From the NCBI GenBank assembly GCA_021776785.1, contig JAJFFF010000043.1:4196-68195 (forward strand): a stretch of DNA of 64,000 bases, read 5' to 3'. The notes under the pieces were generated by a model. The model had not been told where the DNA came from. It saw nothing but the letters and a program-made list of their open reading frames with translations, and did no database searches. Positions 28,622-37,975 of this stretch are shown here, one piece after another (within the stretch, counting starts at the first letter, position 1; every line of letters starts with the position of its first letter). The stretch comes from Planctomycetota bacterium. Its GTDB lineage: Bacteria > Planctomycetota > PLA2. The position numbers and the translations under genes are program-made.

Positions 28622-30433
28622 CTATTCCAAAGGACGACCGCGCCAGTCAAACGACGTGTAGCTTCGATCCTCTTCCTCCGGCGGCAGCATCGTGCGCGGC
28701 GCTTGCTGGAGGCGACGCAGGAGGCCGCCGCTGGCATACGGGTCATCGGAGTCGTCAGCGCCTGCACCGTCCGCCTGAGCGGCCGCGTAGGCGGGTCGTT
28801 CGGGCTCGACGTGGATGCGACCACCCTTGTCTTGCTGCGTCGCAGCGGCTTGGTCGTCGTCGGTACGGTCTTCAAACGCCCAAAGCTCGGCCTGGACGGG
28901 TCGGGCCGCTTGCTCCTCGTCGAGCGCCTCCTCGTCCGCCTCGTCTTCGTCGTCGAGTTCTTCTTCCTCGTCTTCGTCAGCTTGGTCGTCGACTTCGTCG
29001 TCCTCGAACTCCTCGTCGTCATCCTCTTCTTCTTCTTCCTCGTCTTCTTCCTCGTCTTCTTCGTCGCCGTCCTCGTCGAGTTCGTCGAGCTCGTCTTCGT
29101 CCGCCTCCTCCTCTAGCTCGTCGTCATCCTCGTCTTCGTACTCCTCGTCCTCTTCTTCTTCGTCGCCGTCTTCGCCCTCTTCTTCGTACTCCTCGTCCTC
29201 CTCGACGTCGTCATCCTCGACATCGTCGTCTTCTTCCTCTTCGGCTTCTTCGTCGTCGTCCTCCTCGGCATCCTCAGCGCTGTCGACGTATTCTTCTTCT
29301 TCGTCCTCTTCGTGGTCTTCGTCGTCTTCGCTGTCTTGGGCCTCCGCGGCGGGCTCGGCCGGGACGGCCCGCAACGGGTGGGCGGAGATCAGCTCCTCAA
29401 CCTCTTCCTCGTCCTCCTCGTGGCTACTCGCACGGGCGCCCTCGGTGGCGTCCTTCGTGGCGTCCTCCGTGGTACCTGCGGCGTCTGTGGCCGTTTCGGC
29501 ACGGGGCACCCACTTCGAGGGAATGACCTCGGTGGGCGTAACGTCGATGGTGCCGTCGTCGTATTCGTCTTTTGCATAGCTGGGCGCCGGCAGGGCGGCG
29601 GGCATGTCGGCGACGCTCAAAATCTCGGAAACTTCCGCGAGTCCCGCCTGCACCTCCGCTTCCTCGGTGCCGGCGGCGGGCGCCGGTGCATCCTCGACGT
29701 CTTCGCCGATGCTCGGCCGATTGGATTCCACGTCCACGATGCGCACCCCCTGCTGTCGCTCAATCTCTTCCATCGCTTGGGTCACGGCGAACGTTCGTTC
29801 GTCGGCGGTCGGATCGCCGTCGTCGGGGAGCGCCGGTCCATTCTGGAAGCGCGATTCCGGCGGCGGAAGGTCGAGGCCGAATCCGCCCGAGAGCGATCCG
29901 GTCGGCGCGCGTGTGGCGGCATCTCCGGCCAAAGCCGGCTCCCGAATCGCCGTCCATGCGCCTTGGCTGGCGAGATGAACGCCGAGCATCATGAGCACCA
30001 AAAGCAGCGGGAAACCCGCGCTCGGTCCCATCGTGTTGTTCAGCGCCGCGCCAATCGTATGCCCGAGGCTTCCCGCGGACTGCAGTTGGGCGATGCCAAG
30101 GGCGCCGGAAACGCCGAGTGCGACACACGCCGCGGCAAACATCCGTCCGCCGAGCGGCGCGACGTCCGCTACTTTTTCACCCTTGAAGTAAATGAGGCCC
30201 GACCACACCAAGACGATGCCGTACATCGCCAGGATGCCGCCACCGACCGCCTTACAAATCATCGCCACAAGAGATGAAACAGGATTTCCAGCTTCACCCG
30301 CGTAGGCGCGATCACCGGCGAACAACGTCAGCAGACAAAGCACCAACGTGATCCCCAACACCAAGAGCGCGACCTTTTCGCGCGGCGTCAAAAAACGGCC
30401 CCCGGGGCCTTTGATGGGGAGAAACGACCTCAT
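28622..30433 (-). CDS. Hypothetical 4-TM membrane protein with an extremely acidic (poly-Asp/Glu) ~230-residue region
   Basis: N-terminal ~170 aa carry four hydrophobic helices. A long D/E low-complexity stretch follows (EEDEEEVEEL...DEDEEEELDDEDEADEEALDEEQ), encoded by GAR/GAY repeats that appear as tcctcgtc-type repeats on the plus strand (about 28860-29300). Confidence 0.65.
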   Translation of the reverse strand: MRSFLPIKGPGGRFLTPREKVALLVLGITLVLCLLTLFAGDRAYAGEAGNPVSSLVAMICKAVGGGILAMYGIVLVWSGLIYFKGEKVADVAPLGGRMFAAACVALGVSGALGIAQLQSAGSLGHTIGAALNNTMGPSAGFPLLLVLMMLGVHLASQGAWTAIREPALAGDAATRAPTGSLSGGFGLDLPPPESRFQNGPALPDDGDPTADERTFAVTQAMEEIERQQGVRIVDVESNRPSIGEDVEDAPAPAAGTEEAEVQAGLAEVSEILSVADMPAALPAPSYAKDEYDDGTIDVTPTEVIPSKWVPRAETATDAAGTTEDATKDATEGARASSHEEDEEEVEELISAHPLRAVPAEPAAEAQDSEDDEDHEEDEEEEYVDSAEDAEEDDDEEAEEEEDDDVEDDDVEEDEEYEEEGEDGDEEEEDEEYEDEDDDELEEEADEDELDELDEDGDEEDEEEDEEEEEEDDDEEFEDDEVDDQADEDEEEELDDEDEADEEALDEEQAARPVQAELWAFEDRTDDDQAAATQQDKGGRIHVEPERPAYAAAQADGAGADDSDDPYASGGLLRRLQQAPRTMLPPEEEDRSYTSFDWRGRPLE

Positions 30434-30594
30434 ACCGACCTCCTGGCATCCCCCTTTGCGGTTTCGCGAAACAGCTACAGATGGGGGAGCTACTTTCGTA
30501 ACTCCACAAGATAATGGATGGAGCCCCTGGAATTTCCAAAAAATCTCTCAAGGCATCCAGAAGCCCGACCGAAGCGCGGCGTTATAAGTCTTAG

Positions 30595-33024
30595 ATGCGA
30601 CGTCCGGTCCCCCTTCTCCTCGCGCTCGTCTTCTTGCTCGCGCCCCTCGGGATCGCGCCTCCGGCGACGGCGGAACCGGACGCCGATGCCCCCAAACAGG
30701 CGGAACCGGCAAAACCGACGGCGGACGACGCCTCGGTCAAGGCCGCCTCGACCAACCCGGAGTACCGCGAGCGCGGGGCGAAGATGTATGCCGAGATCGG
30801 CGGGACGGACTCGGCCAAAATTTTGGTCGCGATGACCAAGGACCGCGACTGGGGCGTGCAGGTGGCCGCGATCGAGGGCCTGATGCAGGTCCCGTTTGAG
30901 AAATCGCTGCCGGTTTTGCGCGATCTGGCGCTGAGCGGCGACATTCGCCGGGTGCGGGTGGCCGCGGCCCGAGCTCTGCGCCAACTGGATGGCGATCGCA
31001 CGGCCGCGCGGTTTGCGGCGCGACTGGCCAAGATGAAGAAGAAATTGCGGCTGCCGTACATCGAGGCGCTCGGCGTGCTCGGGAACACGACCGCCATCGA
31101 GGCCCTCGCGGGTCAGCTCCGCGCGCCCGACCCCGATCACCGCCTGGCGGCCGCGAAAGCGCTGCTGCGACTGCGGGCCGGGAGCAAATCACTGATCGGC
31201 GCGCTCAAGGATCGGCGCTTTGAGATTCGCATCACCGCGGCCGTTGCCTTGGCCGGCATCGACAACGACGACGCGCGCGCGGCCCTCGTAAAGTTCTTAG
31301 ACAAGGCGACGAAGCCGCACGAGAGCTATGTGCTGCGTCGCATCGGTCGTCGCTCCGTCAAAGTCAACCGCGCGGCGATGGAAAAACGGATCTCCGAACG
31401 GATCTCGGCCAAGAAAAAGCCCATCCACTTTTTGGAGGTGGCAGCGTACGGAAGGATGGCCGGCTGCGCCGAGGCGGCACGCAAGCACCTCGACCATCGG
31501 GATCCGCTGACAGCCGCGTGGGCCTTTTCGGTGGTGGCGTTCGGGGATCAGCCGATCGAGCGCGCCGCGCTCGACAAAGCGCTCAAGAGTCGCGATCGTC
31601 GCTTGCGCTATGCCGCCGCCAAGGCAGCGCTTGCGGCAGAGGAAGGCGCGAAGCGCATCGATGTCGTGCGTCACTTGCTGGCCAACAAGTACGGCGACGT
31701 GACCGATGTTGGTGTGCGGTTCGCCGTCGAGACCGACATGTCGCAGGTGTTGGACGAACTCTTTTATCTCGCGGTCGGCAACACGGCCGCCAAGAAGGAG
31801 TGGTTGGCGCGCACGGCGGCGTGCGTCGCGCTCGGTCGTATCGGCGGCGGCAGTTCGCTCAACCGACTCGCCGCGTTCGCCAAGGCGCGCGAGTGGTGGT
31901 TGCGGGGCGCGGCCTACGAGGGGCTGTATCACACCAAGCGTAAAGAAGCCGTCCCGCTCATGATCGCCAACTTCGACGATAAGAACGCCGCCGTTCGTCT
32001 TACCGTCCGCCGCAATCTCAAGTACATGACCGGCAAGCACTATCCCAACCAGCGCTTTTACCAGGACTGGTGGAGCAAGGTCAGTCGGACGTGGGAGTTT
32101 CAACCGCCGAAAGAAGTCATCACGCAATTGAAACGCGACGGCTACGCCACACGCCAAGTGCGCGAGATCTTGAGCGGCACCGACATTGTTGCCATCAAGG
32201 GCCGTTGGGACAAAGTCGAGTTGATCCTTCAGGATCTGCGCGTCAAACATGACGCGCTTCGCGCGCAGGAACTCAAGGTTCGCGGCGTCACGCCGAAGCA
32301 GATTGTTTTGGTCAACTGCGAGGGCAGCGTCGACAACACCGTTACCAAGCTTCTGCAGTGGTACGTCAGCGCGGGCGGCTACATGGCGACCACGGATTGG
32401 GCGCTGGTGAACGCAACGACGAAGACGTTTCCGAATGTCGTCGTGGGCTACGTGAAGCAATCCACGGGCAACGATGTCGTGATCGTCGAACCGGGCGATC
32501 CGGATCATCCGTCGGTCCAGTCCGTATTTCAGGACTACGTGGACTTGCAGTGGTGGTTAGAAATCCAAGCGTTTCCGATCAAAGTCGAGGACCCGATTCG
32601 CTCGCGCGTGCTCGTCGATAGTCTGCAGATGCTCTCGCGCTACGGATCGAGCGCGATGATGGTCGAGTTCCCGGCGGGGTTGGGCAAGGTCTTGCACTCC
32701 ACGAGTCACTTCTACTTGCAAAAAGAGGGGTTCGCGCACGCGAGCAACGTGCAGGAGCGGCGCGTGTTCGCGGCGGACAACCTTGGGCTGTCGTTTGAGG
32801 AGATCCGCCGCCTTGATCTGAAGCACGCCTTCGACAACGTCAACAACACGACACCGATTTCGCGCAGCTACTCGATGTTCCGGTTGCTCGTGAACTTCAT
32901 CACAGAAAAACGAAACATCGACTTGGGCTTCGCGTCGCGTACCGAGGAGATCGTACGCAAGCCGAAACCAAAGGACGAGAAGCCGGAAAAGAAACCGGAC
33001 GAGAATCCGCCCGCGGACGGTTAG
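30595..33024 (+). CDS. Secreted HEAT-repeat (PBS-lyase-like) protein with a C-terminal domain of unknown function
   Basis: Signal peptide MRRPVPLLLALVFLLAPLGIAPPATA. Repeated (D/N)xxVRxxAxxALxxL HEAT-like units. 809 aa. Confidence 0.65.
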   Translation: MRRPVPLLLALVFLLAPLGIAPPATAEPDADAPKQAEPAKPTADDASVKAASTNPEYRERGAKMYAEIGGTDSAKILVAMTKDRDWGVQVAAIEGLMQVPFEKSLPVLRDLALSGDIRRVRVAAARALRQLDGDRTAARFAARLAKMKKKLRLPYIEALGVLGNTTAIEALAGQLRAPDPDHRLAAAKALLRLRAGSKSLIGALKDRRFEIRITAAVALAGIDNDDARAALVKFLDKATKPHESYVLRRIGRRSVKVNRAAMEKRISERISAKKKPIHFLEVAAYGRMAGCAEAARKHLDHRDPLTAAWAFSVVAFGDQPIERAALDKALKSRDRRLRYAAAKAALAAEEGAKRIDVVRHLLANKYGDVTDVGVRFAVETDMSQVLDELFYLAVGNTAAKKEWLARTAACVALGRIGGGSSLNRLAAFAKAREWWLRGAAYEGLYHTKRKEAVPLMIANFDDKNAAVRLTVRRNLKYMTGKHYPNQRFYQDWWSKVSRTWEFQPPKEVITQLKRDGYATRQVREILSGTDIVAIKGRWDKVELILQDLRVKHDALRAQELKVRGVTPKQIVLVNCEGSVDNTVTKLLQWYVSAGGYMATTDWALVNATTKTFPNVVVGYVKQSTGNDVVIVEPGDPDHPSVQSVFQDYVDLQWWLEIQAFPIKVEDPIRSRVLVDSLQMLSRYGSSAMMVEFPAGLGKVLHSTSHFYLQKEGFAHASNVQERRVFAADNLGLSFEEIRRLDLKHAFDNVNNTTPISRSYSMFRLLVNFITEKRNIDLGFASRTEEIVRKPKPKDEKPEKKPDENPPADG

Positions 33025-33031
33025 CGGTTCG

Positions 33032-33769
33032 TTAGCCGGCGTCCGTCTTGCGCATGAGATCGGCCAGCTCTTCTTTAGGGATCGGCAACGCGACCGTCTC
33101 GCCCGGCTTCTCGATCATGATCGGGACGGGCGTGTCGGAGTCGAAGCCGGAGCCGCTACGGACCGAAGGGCTTGACCCGGCGCGGTACCGCATGACGCGC
33201 CAACGAACCTGCCACGCACCGATCTGCGGGACGAAGAGCGAAACCGAACGCGTCTTGGGATCCACGCTCAATTCCGGCCACGGGTCTCGATCCACCCACG
33301 GCACATCCCAGTGCTTATCTGTCGCCACGAACTCACCGAGCACCGACGCCCAACGCTTGGTCTCGCCGACCGGCTCGAGCTCGACTTCAAGGGTCTGGCC
33401 GGCATCCGGCAGCGCGAATGCGCCGGGAACGGCGAGCGTGACCCGGTGGCCGAAGGGCAACACGATCTCATTCCCCCAAGGCACGTTCGTCTCAACAACT
33501 TCGCAGCCGGGTGCGCCGACAATCAGCTTGGTCCAGGGCCAGCACTTGCCGCGCGCGATCTGGGTCCACCCGTCGCCGCTGGAGACGGCGGCGCCGTAGT
33601 CGTGCTGTCCATTGGCGTCGCGGATGTAGACCACCGCGTGCATGACAACGTTGCCTTCGGTGTTGACGATGCGCAGATGCTTTGGACCCAGCGGACCGAC
33701 TTCGGCGAAGTACGAGACGACGGCGCCGACGAGTAAGAACGCAATGATCAAGAGCACGCGTTTGCGCAT
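33032..33769 (-). CDS. Hypothetical secreted/membrane-anchored protein
   Basis: N-terminal anchor MRKRVLLIIAFLLVGAVVSYFA. No recognisable catalytic motifs. 245 aa. Confidence 0.5.
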   Translation of the reverse strand: MRKRVLLIIAFLLVGAVVSYFAEVGPLGPKHLRIVNTEGNVVMHAVVYIRDANGQHDYGAAVSSGDGWTQIARGKCWPWTKLIVGAPGCEVVETNVPWGNEIVLPFGHRVTLAVPGAFALPDAGQTLEVELEPVGETKRWASVLGEFVATDKHWDVPWVDRDPWPELSVDPKTRSVSLFVPQIGAWQVRWRVMRYRAGSSPSVRSGSGFDSDTPVPIMIEKPGETVALPIPKEELADLMRKTDAG

Positions 33770-33795
33770 TCAATCCACTGTAAACTCTTGCTGGG

Positions 33796-34989
33796 ATGGA
33801 TGGAACGAGCGACTCGGTGCGCGCACCGCGATGGCGGATAGTCGTCGAAGCCACGCTGATTTCCGCGGCGAGTTTCGGCGTGTTCTTGGCCGCGGATCAA
33901 TGGATGCGCGACTGGTCGCTGCCGCCGCGCTGGCGGGATCCGATCTTCCGCGCGCCGGCGATCCTGTTCCTCCTCGCCGTGCTGACGGCGGCTCGTTGGT
34001 GGAAGTCATCCGGCGCGCTCACGATCTCCACAGCGCGACAGATCTTTCACATTCGTCGCTGGTGGCCGCTGTGGATCTATTTTGCATGGACGATCTCGCT
34101 CGTTGATTGGCGCGCCGAGCACGATGTCTGGAGCATTCTCGGCACAGCCGCGGCGGTCGCCGTTTTTGAAGAGTTTACGTTTCGCGGGATCGTACTGAAC
34201 CGGCTTCAATCGCTCGGTCGCGCCCGGGCGGTTGGAATCAGCGCGGTCCTCTTCTCCGCTGCGCATTCGTGGAACTTCGTTCACGCGTCGGGATGGGAAT
34301 CTGGGTGGCAGTACTACTGGCCGCTCGTCGCTGGCATCATGCTCGGGCAGCTTTGGTGGGAGACGAAGTGCTTGTGGCTCTGCGTCGCACTGCACCTGGT
34401 CAACAACGGGCTTAACGACATGACGTTTGGCCCGCATCGTTGGAGTCGTTGGGCCTTGGGTGAGGTCCCCGTCGAGTTGTTGCTGTTTAGCATTCTGTTC
34501 GCCGCCATCGCCATCCGCCATCGCGCCGCCGCGTTCGTTCGGGCCGGCATCGCTTTCGCGCTCGTATGGAGCGTTGTGATCGGGTTCGCCGAGGGCGGTC
34601 CACATGCCGACTGGAAGGGCCCGGCCGCATCGATCAAAATCACGATCAAATCGAACTCGGTCACAGGGATGTCAGGCGCTAGAAAATGGGCGCGGTACAC
34701 CTACAGCGTGCGGCTCACCCCATCGCCATCCGACACCAAGTTGTCACGGATCGTGGTTCGCGGCCCGTTTGCCGGGGCGACGTCGTACGTTGCCGAGCAC
34801 AAACGCACGAAGTGGAGCGGCACAAAAAAAAGCGACCACGAAATCTCGTGGCGCGCCGGTGAACCGGGAACGACCTACAAGATCGAAACGACGAAGAAAC
34901 TTACGCGTCTGACGACCGAAGTGTATTACGTGAATCGACTCGGGTACGAACGAGTTGACCGGCACACTCACTACTTTAGCGCCAAGTAG
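33796..34989 (+). CDS. CPBP-family intramembrane glutamic endopeptidase (CAAX protease / Abi family) with ~150-aa C-terminal extension
   Basis: CPBP motif 1 EExxxR (FEEFTFRGIV), motif 2 FxxxH (LFSAAHSW) and motif 3 HxxxN/D (ALHLVNNGL). Multiple TM helices. The start may be downstream, as it lies only 26 bp from the divergent gene. Confidence 0.7.
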   Translation: MDGTSDSVRAPRWRIVVEATLISAASFGVFLAADQWMRDWSLPPRWRDPIFRAPAILFLLAVLTAARWWKSSGALTISTARQIFHIRRWWPLWIYFAWTISLVDWRAEHDVWSILGTAAAVAVFEEFTFRGIVLNRLQSLGRARAVGISAVLFSAAHSWNFVHASGWESGWQYYWPLVAGIMLGQLWWETKCLWLCVALHLVNNGLNDMTFGPHRWSRWALGEVPVELLLFSILFAAIAIRHRAAAFVRAGIAFALVWSVVIGFAEGGPHADWKGPAASIKITIKSNSVTGMSGARKWARYTYSVRLTPSPSDTKLSRIVVRGPFAGATSYVAEHKRTKWSGTKKSDHEISWRAGEPGTTYKIETTKKLTRLTTEVYYVNRLGYERVDRHTHYFSAK

Positions 34990-35085
34990 AGGCGGCTCGG
35001 GAGCGAAGGGCGGACCCTCGTTCCAATGCGTTGGGAGCGCATCGTATCGGCGAAGCTCTTCTCGTGAATCGGGAGCTGGATCGAG

Positions 35086-35973
35086 TTACGTGCTTGAGCC
35101 TGCCGGCGGGCTCCGCAGGCTCGCAAGCCAAGCGGCGCCGAGCGCGAGAAGCACGGCGGCGCCGATGTCTCGCTTTTCCGGCAGGCGGTCCAGCACCACG
35201 TAGGACAACACGAACACCACAGCGGGTTGCACGCGATTCATGAGGGCGGCCTTGCCGGCGTCGATGCGCTGGAGTGCGTAGAGGAAAAACAGGCCGTGGA
35301 GGTAGGGCCCGAAGACACCCCCCGCGATCGCGGCGCAGGCGGTCGGCAGCGTGATCGTGAACGGCTCGGGATTCAGGGCGTAGTAGACGCCGACGATGAC
35401 GAACGCGATCAGGTTGCGCCAAAACATCAGCACACTCGCCGGTGTGCCCGTGATCCATTTTTTGGCGCCGATCGTGGCTAGCGACGCGGCGACGAGGCCC
35501 GCCATCAGGATGAGGAATCCACGCAGCTCGACGCCACCGCCGCTCCACGGGGCAAACACAAACACGCCGGCAAAGATCACCGATGTCGCGATCCACTGCA
35601 TGCGGGAAAATCGTTCGCCGAGAAGCCATACCGAGAGGCCGATCGTCAATAGGATGCTTGTCTGCGACAGGCTCGTAAGCAGCGTCTCGTTGAGGTAATG
35701 CAGCGCCCAAAAGTGTGCGAGCGTGCCGAGTCCCATGAGAAGCCCATAGGTCAGCGCGTGCCACCAGCGGCCCGCCAACGGTCGAAATCCAGCCGCGCCG
35801 TCCTTGATCAAGACGTGCACGCCGCTGCACAAAACGCCGACGGCCAGGATGCACGCGAGGAACGGGATGTAGCTGAGCCCGCGTGGCTCGGAATAGACGG
35901 CGAGGTTGTACCGGATGGCGCCGGTGACCGCGGAAAGAAACGCGAAGAGGTAACCCGCGCGCGTTGCCGACAT
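35086..35973 (-). CDS. DMT-superfamily (EamA-like) transporter
   Basis: 295 aa with ten TM segments in a 5+5 arrangement typical of EamA/DMT permeases. Confidence 0.7.
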   Translation of the reverse strand: MSATRAGYLFAFLSAVTGAIRYNLAVYSEPRGLSYIPFLACILAVGVLCSGVHVLIKDGAAGFRPLAGRWWHALTYGLLMGLGTLAHFWALHYLNETLLTSLSQTSILLTIGLSVWLLGERFSRMQWIATSVIFAGVFVFAPWSGGGVELRGFLILMAGLVAASLATIGAKKWITGTPASVLMFWRNLIAFVIVGVYYALNPEPFTITLPTACAAIAGGVFGPYLHGLFFLYALQRIDAGKAALMNRVQPAVVFVLSYVVLDRLPEKRDIGAAVLLALGAAWLASLRSPPAGSST

Positions 35974-36582
35974 CTAAAGGCCCATAGCTTCCAGCAGGCA
36001 TCGCGCCAACACGCTTTTGTCCACGGTGCCGAGGTCCGTGGTGGTTCCGTCGCGCGCGACGAGCAAGAACTCCGCGCCCTCCGCGCCGATCGCCGCGGGC
36101 GTGTTGAGTACGCACCAGTCCGCGTTCTTGCTTTCCAGTTTGCGGTGGGCGTGCTCGAGACCGTCGGTTGTCTCGAGTGCGAAAATCGCGAACGGTTTGT
36201 CGTGTCGTCGCGCGCCGACGTTGGCGGCAATGTCTGGGTTTTCGATGAGCTCGAGCGTCGTCATTTCACCGCGCTTAAGCTTGCGTACGCTCTGCGTCGC
36301 GGGGCGGTAGTCGCACACGGCGGCGGCGCAGATGATCGCATCGCAGCTCGGCAAAAACTCAAGGACGGCGTGAAGCATCTCGTCGGTTGTTTCGACGGCG
36401 TAAACATCAACGCTCGGCGGCGGCTGCACGGCGACCGGTCCGAGAACAAGTTGTACGTCGTGCCCGCGATCATAGGCCACTTCAGCAAGCGCTAAGCCCA
36501 TGCGCCCCGAGGAGCGATTCGAGATGAAGCGAACCGGATCGATGGGCTCGCGCGTCGGGCCCGCCGTGATCAGGACCCTCAC
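35974..36582 (-). CDS. coaB: Phosphopantothenate--cysteine ligase (CoaB domain as a separate ORF)
   Basis: GTG start overlapping the coaC TGA (ctGTGA at 36579-36584). The translation begins [30 protein letters not shown], the canonical CoaB N-terminus. About 202 aa. Confidence 0.65.
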   Translation of the reverse strand: MRVLITAGPTREPIDPVRFISNRSSGRMGLALAEVAYDRGHDVQLVLGPVAVQPPPSVDVYAVETTDEMLHAVLEFLPSCDAIICAAAVCDYRPATQSVRKLKRGEMTTLELIENPDIAANVGARRHDKPFAIFALETTDGLEHAHRKLESKNADWCVLNTPAAIGAEGAEFLLVARDGTTTDLGTVDKSVLARCLLEAMGL

Positions 36583-37112
36583 AGCGCGTTTCGAATGGCG
36601 GCCAAGATTGTGTCCGTGGCGGCGAGGCGACCTTTGCCGTAGTCGCCGCACGCCAAGAACCCATCGTCGGGTTCGATCACCGTAACTCCGCGCGCGCGGA
36701 GGGTGGCCACGTTCTCGCGCACGGTCACGTGATCGTACATGCGTGTGTTCATCGCGGGCGCGACCATCACGGGGCACGTCACCGAAATGTACGTCGTCGA
36801 CACGATGTCGTCGGCGAGTCCGTGCGCCATCTTCGCCAGGATGTTGGCCGTCGCCGGTGCCACGACGAAGAGGTCGGCCACGTCGCCGAGCGCGAGGTGC
36901 TCGGGGCGGTCCGCAAAATCGCCGACGTTCGCGTCGGTGATGACGGGGCGCCCTGACAGCGTCGAGAACGTGAGCTCGCCGATGAAACGCTTGGCGTACG
37001 CGCTCATCACGACGCGCACGTCGATACCCTCCTTGCGCAAGGCCGATGTGACATCGGCCGCGCGAAACGCAGCGATCGAACCGGTAACACCTAACACGAC
37101 GGTTTTGCTCAC
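36579..37112 (-). CDS. coaC: Phosphopantothenoylcysteine decarboxylase (flavoprotein, CoaC domain as a separate ORF)
   Basis: [21 protein letters not shown] flavodoxin-like N-terminus, PAMN motif ([14 protein letters not shown]). 177 aa, ending 4 nt inside the coaB start. Confidence 0.8.
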   Translation of the reverse strand: MSKTVVLGVTGSIAAFRAADVTSALRKEGIDVRVVMSAYAKRFIGELTFSTLSGRPVITDANVGDFADRPEHLALGDVADLFVVAPATANILAKMAHGLADDIVSTTYISVTCPVMVAPAMNTRMYDHVTVRENVATLRARGVTVIEPDDGFLACGDYGKGRLAATDTILAAIRNAL

Positions 37113-37177
37113 GCCGTGATTCTAGCGCGCCGACAACTTCGAAGACAGGCACTTGCGTCGCCCTCGATAATTGGTGG

Positions 37178-37975
37178 ATGGTTCAAAAGCCCGGCGGCGG
37201 TTACATCGACGATCTGCCCGAGACCGCAGAGGGAAGCGGGTACTACGAACTCGACGCCACGCGCGACGAGTACTTGGCGTTTCACTATCCGGACGGTGAT
37301 CCGTTGGCATCGCTGCTCGGTGAGCGCACGCCGCCGCTGGAGGACCGCTACCCGTTCGGTGTGCGCAAGTTGTGGCACGCGCGGCCCGAGGGCGATGCGC
37401 TCGATGTCGGTGGGGCCGTCGGGCGCGTGACGTTTGACTTGGCGCGGGACCATCGCCACGCGTATGGATTCGACTTCTCCAAGACGTTGGTCCGTGGTGC
37501 GTACGACGTGGCCCGCCATGGCCGCGCCGTCTACACGACCGTCATCGAAGGTGATCTGCGCGCGCGTCACGATGTCGCCGTCGCGACACCGCCGAATGTG
37601 TCGTTCGTCGTCGCCAACGCCTTGGCGATTCCGTTTCCCGAGGCGCACTTTGCCACCGTTGTCGCGCTAAACTTGGTCGATCGGGTTCCGGACCCGCTTC
37701 GGTTGCTCGCGGAACTCACCCGCGTCACAGCGCCCGGCGGCACCCTTCTCGTGGGGTCGCCGTTTACGTGGTTGGCCACATTTACCCCGCGCGCGAAGTG
37801 GTTGGGCGGCCGCGAGGAAGAGGGGCAGCCGATGCGCGGCGCCGCGACGTTACGCGCGGAGCTGGCGGCTGCGTTCGAGTTTAAAAGTGAGTGTCGCGTG
37901 CCGTTTTACATCCCGCACCACGACCGGTCGGGACAGTTCGGCGTGTCGCACGTGCAACACTTCGTTCGTCGCTAG
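37178..37975 (+). CDS. Class I SAM-dependent methyltransferase
   Basis: Glycine-rich SAM-binding motif I (ALDVGGAVGRVTFDLA) and an acidic residue after beta-2 (AYGFDFS). 265 aa. Confidence 0.6.
   Translation: MVQKPGGGYIDDLPETAEGSGYYELDATRDEYLAFHYPDGDPLASLLGERTPPLEDRYPFGVRKLWHARPEGDALDVGGAVGRVTFDLARDHRHAYGFDFSKTLVRGAYDVARHGRAVYTTVIEGDLRARHDVAVATPPNVSFVVANALAIPFPEAHFATVVALNLVDRVPDPLRLLAELTRVTAPGGTLLVGSPFTWLATFTPRAKWLGGREEEGQPMRGAATLRAELAAAFEFKSECRVPFYIPHHDRSGQFGVSHVQHFVRR

Noticed and set aside
28390-29579. Plus-strand ORFs encoding poly-Arg/Pro/Leu (378 aa) and poly-Ser (254 aa)
   Set aside because: These are mirror images of the GAR/GAY codon repeats that encode the poly-Asp/Glu tail of the minus-strand membrane protein. 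Low-complexity artefacts, not genes.
35974-37152. 392-aa ORF spanning both coaB and coaC regions
   Set aside because: Only its C-terminal ~200 aa (the CoaB domain) make sense. The N-terminal part is the wrong frame of coaC. Replaced by separate coaC (36579-37112) and coaB (35974-36582) ORFs.
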